From contig JBGAOA010000073.1 in the NCBI GenBank assembly GCA_044222065.1, positions 1 to 20,138 of the forward strand: 20,138 nucleotides of DNA, given 5' to 3'. Positions within the stretch are counted from its first letter, which is position 1; every line of letters starts with the position of its first letter. The stretch is from Candidatus Eiseniibacteriota bacterium. GTDB lineage: Bacteria; Eisenbacteria; RBG-16-71-46. A program made the position numbers and the translations under genes. The notes under the pieces were generated by a model. It searched no databases. It saw only the letters and a program-made list of their open reading frames with translations, and was not told where the DNA came from. Shown here one piece after another: positions 15,349 through 20,138 of the stretch.

Positions 15349-15728
15349 CCCACGCCGACGCGCCGATCGCCGGACCCCCGCCCTGGGAGGGCCTTCGGGA
15401 CCGGCTGCTCGCGCGCGCCGACGCGCTCGAGGCGGATGGCGCGGACTGCTCCGCGCTGCGCGCCGAGATCGAGGAATGGTGGCAGGACCAGCAGCGCTGG
15501 AACGGCGAGATGTCGTCGCTGCTCGGGCTGCACCACGAGATCAACAATGCGCTCGTGGGCGTGAGGGGAAACGCGCAGCTGCTGTTGATCGGTCCCGCGG
15601 GAAAGACCCCGGGAGTCAAGGAACGACTGGAGACCGTCATCCGTGAAGCGGACCGGATTCAACAGGCCGGCGCTCGTCTGCGCGAGCTCAAGAGCCTCGT
15701 CGCCGGACGGACCTCGAGAGCGGCGTGA
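15345..15728 (+). CDS. Stand-alone HisKA/DHp domain protein without ATPase domain, 127 aa
   Basis: GTG overlaps the fliA stop, GGAGGAGG upstream. H-box LHHEINNALVGVRGNAQLL then helix RLETVIREADRI, then stop. Confidence 0.8.
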   Translation: MTHADAPIAGPPPWEGLRDRLLARADALEADGADCSALRAEIEEWWQDQQRWNGEMSSLLGLHHEINNALVGVRGNAQLLLIGPAGKTPGVKERLETVIREADRIQQAGARLRELKSLVAGRTSRAA

Positions 15729-15735
15729 GCCGCCC

Positions 15736-16674
15736 GTGACGCCGTCGGAAGCGACCGTCGCACGCCAGGGCGACACGACGTCGGCGATCGCCGAACGCCG
15801 TCGCGCCTCGCGTTCGCTGTGGACCGCGTGCGAGGCGCTGCTCGCCGGCGCCGAGGATCCGAAGGCGCTCCAGCGCGCGCTCGAGCAGCTGCGCACCGCG
15901 TTCGAGTGCGACGGCGTCGCGGTGCACGCGCTCGGACCCGAGGGCGCGATCGAGCCGTGGTGCGCGCGCGGCGACTGGGACTCCGCGCCCGGCGACCTGC
16001 GCGACTGCCTCACGGTGCCGCTGCTGCGCGGCGACGAACGCGTCGGCACGCTCGACCTGAGAGCGCGCGCCGGCCAGCGCTTCTCGCCCGGGCAGGTGTC
16101 GCTCGTGCGCACCGCCGCGGGCGCGCTCGGCGCGGCACTCGGCGCGCGGCTCGAGCTGTCGCGCTTGCGCCACCAGCCGGGCCGCGACGCGCTCACCGGG
16201 CTGCCGGACGCGAAGGCGTTCCGCGTGCGACTCGTCGAGGAGCTCGCGCGCGCCCGCCGGCACGGCGTCGCGCTCGCGCTCGTCACCGTGGACCTCGACC
16301 ACTTCGATGCGCTGAACTCGAAGTTCGGGCGCGACGTCGGCGACGCCGTACTGGCCGAGACCGCGCTGTTCCTGAAGCTCCAGCTTCGCGAGACCGACGT
16401 GCTCGCGCGCACCGGCGGCGACCAGTTCACCGCGATCCTGCCCGAGACCGACATCGGCGCCGCGCTGCGCGCGGCCGAGCGCGTCCGTCGCGGGCTCGAG
16501 GAGCGCGACTTCGCACGCGTCTCGCGGATCAGCGCGTCCGCCGCCGTCGTCGCGAGCCCGCGCGACGGGCTCGAGGCCACCGAACTCGTCCACGCGCTCG
16601 ACCGCGCGCTCGACGTCGCGAAGAAGTCGGGCCGGCGGCGCGTGTCCGCGCCCGCCGTCCCGGGAACGCACTGA
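15736..16674 (+). CDS. GAF-like plus degenerate GGDEF-domain protein (GGDQF, intact RxxD I-site)
   Basis: CLTVPLLRGDERVGTL GAF strand, DALTGLPD, DLDHFDALNSKFGRDVGD, RETD-VLART-GGDQF, AKKSGR. Start uncertain (GTG 15736, or 15725 if one base is missing). Confidence 0.88.
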   Translation: MTPSEATVARQGDTTSAIAERRRASRSLWTACEALLAGAEDPKALQRALEQLRTAFECDGVAVHALGPEGAIEPWCARGDWDSAPGDLRDCLTVPLLRGDERVGTLDLRARAGQRFSPGQVSLVRTAAGALGAALGARLELSRLRHQPGRDALTGLPDAKAFRVRLVEELARARRHGVALALVTVDLDHFDALNSKFGRDVGDAVLAETALFLKLQLRETDVLARTGGDQFTAILPETDIGAALRAAERVRRGLEERDFARVSRISASAAVVASPRDGLEATELVHALDRALDVAKKSGRRRVSAPAVPGTH

Positions 16675-16684
16675 GGCCCGCCGC

Positions 16685-18424
16685 ATGTCCGCGCCCGAGA
16701 CCACGACGCCGGCCCTGAGCGCCTCCGCCACCGGTGCGGAGTCGTTCCCGCCGCCGCGCGTGCTCGTCGTGGACGACGAACCGTCGGTCGTGGACGTGTT
16801 CCAGGAGTTCCTGAGCGGCGAGGGCTACGAGCTGTCCGTCGCCGCGAGCGGCGAGGAGGCGCTGCGCCTCATCCCCGACGTGCGTCCGGACGTGATCCTG
16901 ACCGACATCAACCTGCCGGGGCTCTCGGGCCTCGAAGTGATGCGGTTCGCGAAGGGCCTCGACCCCGAGGTGTCGGTCATCGTCGTCACGGGCTACGCCT
17001 CGGCGTCCACCGCGATCGACGCGCTGCGCCAGGGCGCCTACGACTACGTCACGAAGCCGTTCGACCTCGACGAGGTGCACCAGATCGTCGAGCGCGGCAT
17101 CGCGAACCGCCGGCTCAAGGCGATCAACCGCCGCCTCGTGCAGGAACTGCGCGAGAAGAACGAGATCCTCGAGCGTCACGAGACCGAGCTGCGCGAGAAG
17201 GTGCGGCTCGCGACCTGGCAGATGACGACGCTGTACGAAGTCGGCTCGGAGATCGCGGCCAACCTCGAACTCGCGCCGCGGCTCCAGATCATCGGCTCGC
17301 GCGCCTCCGAGCTGACGGGGGCGGGCGCCACCGTCGTCTACCTGCGCAATCCCGAGACCGACCGCTGGTGGGCCGAGTCCGCCCACGGCGCGACGCTGCC
17401 GCCGCGCGACGAGACCGGCCTCGTGTTCGGCGCCGACGGTCACCCGCTCTCGGCGGCGGCCGTCTCGGGCACGCCGGCGCGCGCGCGCGTGTCGTCCGAG
17501 CTTCCCGGCGTGCCCGACTTCGCCGTCGAATCGCTGCTCGTCGTGCCGCTCGTCGCCGACCAGGAGGTCATCGGCCTCATGGCGGTCGCGAACAAGCCGA
17601 ACGGCTTCGACGCCGACGACGAGAACTTCATGGCGTTGTTCGCGGCGCAGGCCGCGGCCGCGATCCGGAACTCGCAGTTGTACGAGCATACGAAGAGCCT
17701 CGACCGGCTCAAGTCCGAGTTCGTGGCCGTCGTCTCGCACGAGATCCGCACGCCGCTCACGTCGGTGAAGGGCTCGGTCGAGCTGCTCGCCGACGACCGC
17801 TACTTCAAGAACACCGAGCAGCAGCAGAAGCTGCTGTCGATCGCGCTCGCGAACGCGGACCGCCTGCTCGTTCTGATCAACGACATCCTCGACTTCTCGA
17901 AGCTCGAAGCCTCGTCGCTGCCGATGAGCATCGAGCGCCAGCGGCTCGAGCCGGTCGTGCACCAGGCGGCGCACAACCTGCGCACGATGCTCGAGGAGAA
18001 GAGCGTGCACCTCGACGTGCAGCTCGCGCCCGACCTGCCGGACCTGCAGCTCGACGCGAACCGCATCTCGCAGGTGCTCACGAACCTCGTGTCGAACGCG
18101 ATCAAGTTCTCGCCCGCGGGCTCGACGATCGAAATCCTCGCCGAGCGCTGGGAGCAGGCCGTGCGCATCGGCGTGCGCGACCACGGCGAGGGCATCGCGC
18201 CGGCCGATCTGCCGAAGCTGTTCCGCAAGTTCTCGCAGGTGGACTCGTCCTCGACGCGCAAGGCCGGCGGCACGGGCCTCGGTCTCGTCATCTGCAAGGG
18301 CATCGTCGAGCAGCACGGCGGCCGCATCTGGGTCGAGAGCACGGTGGGCGAGGGGAGCACGTTCTACTTCACGCTTCCGACCGCCGAGTCCGTCGCGGCC
18401 GAAGCCCCCGTCGAAGCGCGCTGA
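16685..18424 (+). CDS. Hybrid sensor kinase REC-coiled coil-GAF-HisKA-HATPase
   Basis: VLVVDDE/ILTDINLPG/TKPF receiver, LLVVPLVADQEVIG GAF, SHEIRTPL, NLVSNAIKF, DHGEGI, GGTGLGLVI. Confidence 0.94.
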   Translation: MSAPETTTPALSASATGAESFPPPRVLVVDDEPSVVDVFQEFLSGEGYELSVAASGEEALRLIPDVRPDVILTDINLPGLSGLEVMRFAKGLDPEVSVIVVTGYASASTAIDALRQGAYDYVTKPFDLDEVHQIVERGIANRRLKAINRRLVQELREKNEILERHETELREKVRLATWQMTTLYEVGSEIAANLELAPRLQIIGSRASELTGAGATVVYLRNPETDRWWAESAHGATLPPRDETGLVFGADGHPLSAAAVSGTPARARVSSELPGVPDFAVESLLVVPLVADQEVIGLMAVANKPNGFDADDENFMALFAAQAAAAIRNSQLYEHTKSLDRLKSEFVAVVSHEIRTPLTSVKGSVELLADDRYFKNTEQQQKLLSIALANADRLLVLINDILDFSKLEASSLPMSIERQRLEPVVHQAAHNLRTMLEEKSVHLDVQLAPDLPDLQLDANRISQVLTNLVSNAIKFSPAGSTIEILAERWEQAVRIGVRDHGEGIAPADLPKLFRKFSQVDSSSTRKAGGTGLGLVICKGIVEQHGGRIWVESTVGEGSTFYFTLPTAESVAAEAPVEAR

Positions 18425-18467
18425 CCTCGCGCGGTCCTCCCGCGCCCCCGGAAACGCCCGTTCGCGC

Positions 18468-18496
18468 TTGCCTCGGGCGGCGCGCGCCCTTAATTT
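18468..18496 (+). promoter_or_regulatory. Putative sigma70-type promoter
   Basis: TTGCCT-N17-TAATTT upstream of ATG 18557. Confidence 0.55.
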
Positions 18497-18556
18497 GCGC
18501 CGGGGCGCGCATCCGCGCGTCCCGCACGCGACGACGAGCCCTCTCTCGCCCCCTTC

Positions 18557-20138
18557 ATGCGCGCCACGGAAGACGCCTCCTCGATCGAACGCGCCGCACG
18601 GCCCCGCCGCGCGGCGTCCGCCGCTACGTTCTTTCTCGCGCTCGCCGGTGTCGGCGCGGGTGCGGCCCTCGGCGCCTTCTTCGCGCCGGCCGTGCGGCTG
18701 GCCGGCGTGCCGACGCTCGAAGCGGTCGTCGCCTGGCCCCGGGACGTGGAGCCGCCGCGCCGCGACGCGTGGACGCCGCGCCGCGAGCGGGCGAGCGCGT
18801 CGAGGGCGCGCGGTTTCCGGACGGCACGCCCGCGCTGCGCGTCGCGGGGCCGGACGGCGCGCGCGTCGCCGCGCTCGCCGCGGGCTTCGAGCGCGCGGCG
18901 TAGAGTCGCGCGGTCGCGCTCGACGGCCGGCGCGCGGCGCTCGTCGCGCGCGCCCGCGAAGACGTGATCACGGGCCCGCTGCCCGCGCTCGCACCCGCGG
19001 CGGAGTGCGCGGCGCGACTGCGCGGATGGGCGATCGCGATGCGTTCGCTTGCGCGCGACGAGGTCTCGGACGGCTTCGTGCCCGCGCCCGACACGCTGCT
19101 CGCCGCGAGCGCCGCCGCGATCGAACGCGCCGGCCTCGCCGCCGATCCCGCGGCGCTCGCGCTCGCGCTCGAGGCCGACGCGCAGCGACGCGCCGAACTC
19201 GACGCGCGCGAGGCGCGCGCGCGCGCGGGCCGTCCGGCGGACGACCTCGTGCAGCGCTGGAGCGACGAGCAGCAGGCGCGCGCCGACCGCTTCGAGGCGC
19301 TCGCGCTGCTGCTCGAGCGCGACGTGACGCCGTTCCAGCGCGAACTCGTGGACCTCGCGACCGCCGACGCGACGCTCGCCGCGGCCGCCGCGATCGCCGA
19401 CCCGTCGCAGGCGTGGCGCGCCGCGAATCCCGCCGGCGAACCGCCCGCCGTGCGGCCGCTCGCACGCTGGCGCTTCGCCGTCGCGGGGCTCGGCGCGCTG
19501 CTCGGCGCGATCGCGGGCCTCGCGCTCGCGCGGCTCGTGCGCGGGCGCCTGCCGCGCAAGCGCCCCTTCGGCGCCGCGCTCACGAGCGTCGAGGCGTACG
19601 ACGGTCCCGCCGGCGCCTGGCTCCAGATCGTGAGCGGACGCCGCGGCTCGGACGTCGCGCGCGGCGCGCTCGAACTGGCCGCGCGCGCACTCGCCGTCGA
19701 GCTCGAGCCGCGCGTGCTCGTCGTGGACGCGGGGCGCGGGCTCAGGCTCGAGAGCGCGTTCGGCGCCGATGCGCGCCTCGGGCTCACCGAGTGCCTCGAG
19801 GATGCGCGCCCGGCGCTCGGGCTCGCCCAGTACGGCGGCGCGCCGGGGTTGTTCTTCCTCGCGCGCGGCCGCGCCTCGCGGCGTCCGGCGTGGCTCCAGC
19901 TCGACCGCTTCCTCGAAGACCTGCGGCCACACTTTGGCCGCGTCATCCTGGCGGTGGACGCCGGCGCGCCCGCCGAGGTCGGCAGCGTGCTCGCGGGCCG
20001 GGTCATGGAGGGCTACTGGGCCGGGGCGGCGGGCTCGCTGCCGAGGGCCGCCCAGGCGCTCGAGGACCGGCTGGCTATCCGACTTCACGGCTTGGAGTTG
20101 ACTCAGGCGGCGGAGGCGGCGCTCGAACTCGTGGGTGA
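18557..20138 (+). pseudogene. Wzz/Wzc-like two-TM membrane protein with degenerate MinD/BY-kinase-like domain; interrupted and running off the window
   Basis: Starts at ATG 18557 (TM: TFFLALAGVGAGAALGAFFA), shifts frame near 18770, hits TAG 18901-18903. The same frame then stays open to the window end (not in the ORF track): helical region, TM WRFAVAGLGALLGAIAGLALA, RVLVVDAG, GLTECL, FGRVIL. Confidence 0.6.

Noticed and set aside
18901..18903. Pyrrolysine or recoded TAG
   Set aside because: TAG is a normal stop elsewhere (hypC, flgM-like, activator), no pyl genes are visible, and a nearby frameshift points to decay or error.

Overview
Very GC-rich bacterial DNA with no RNA genes, CRISPR array or mobile element that I can see. 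The left end is a [NiFe]-hydrogenase maturation cluster (partial hypA converging on hypC-hypD-hypE). It is followed by a hypothetical gene, an orphan MglA-family GTPase with a C-terminal extension, a secreted protein plus trpA, an 18-aa small ORF, and a membrane PDZ/GAF/SpoIIE phosphatase. The core (about 9.0-18.4 kb) carries the regulatory parts of a flagellar cascade but no flagellar structural gene in the window. It runs: sigma28-type promoter, csrA, a short flgM-like gene, a PAS kinase with a sigma54 activator, then a sigma54 promoter. That promoter drives a tightly coupled operon: single-domain receiver, stand-alone FliA-like sigma region 4, small unknown protein, flhG (no flhF), fliA, stand-alone HisKA, degenerate GGDEF and a hybrid kinase. 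A second sigma28-type promoter with the same spacing precedes mglA. A near-consensus CsrA-binding hairpin is written into rare codons of csrA itself. My best candidate for a new system is inference: a possibly flagellum-independent sigma28 circuit in which FlgM is relieved by a sigma4 decoy rather than by export. The window ends in a Wzz/Wzc-like gene with a frameshift and an in-frame TAG. Some apparent frameshifts may be assembly errors. All family calls come from motif recognition by eye; no searches were run.
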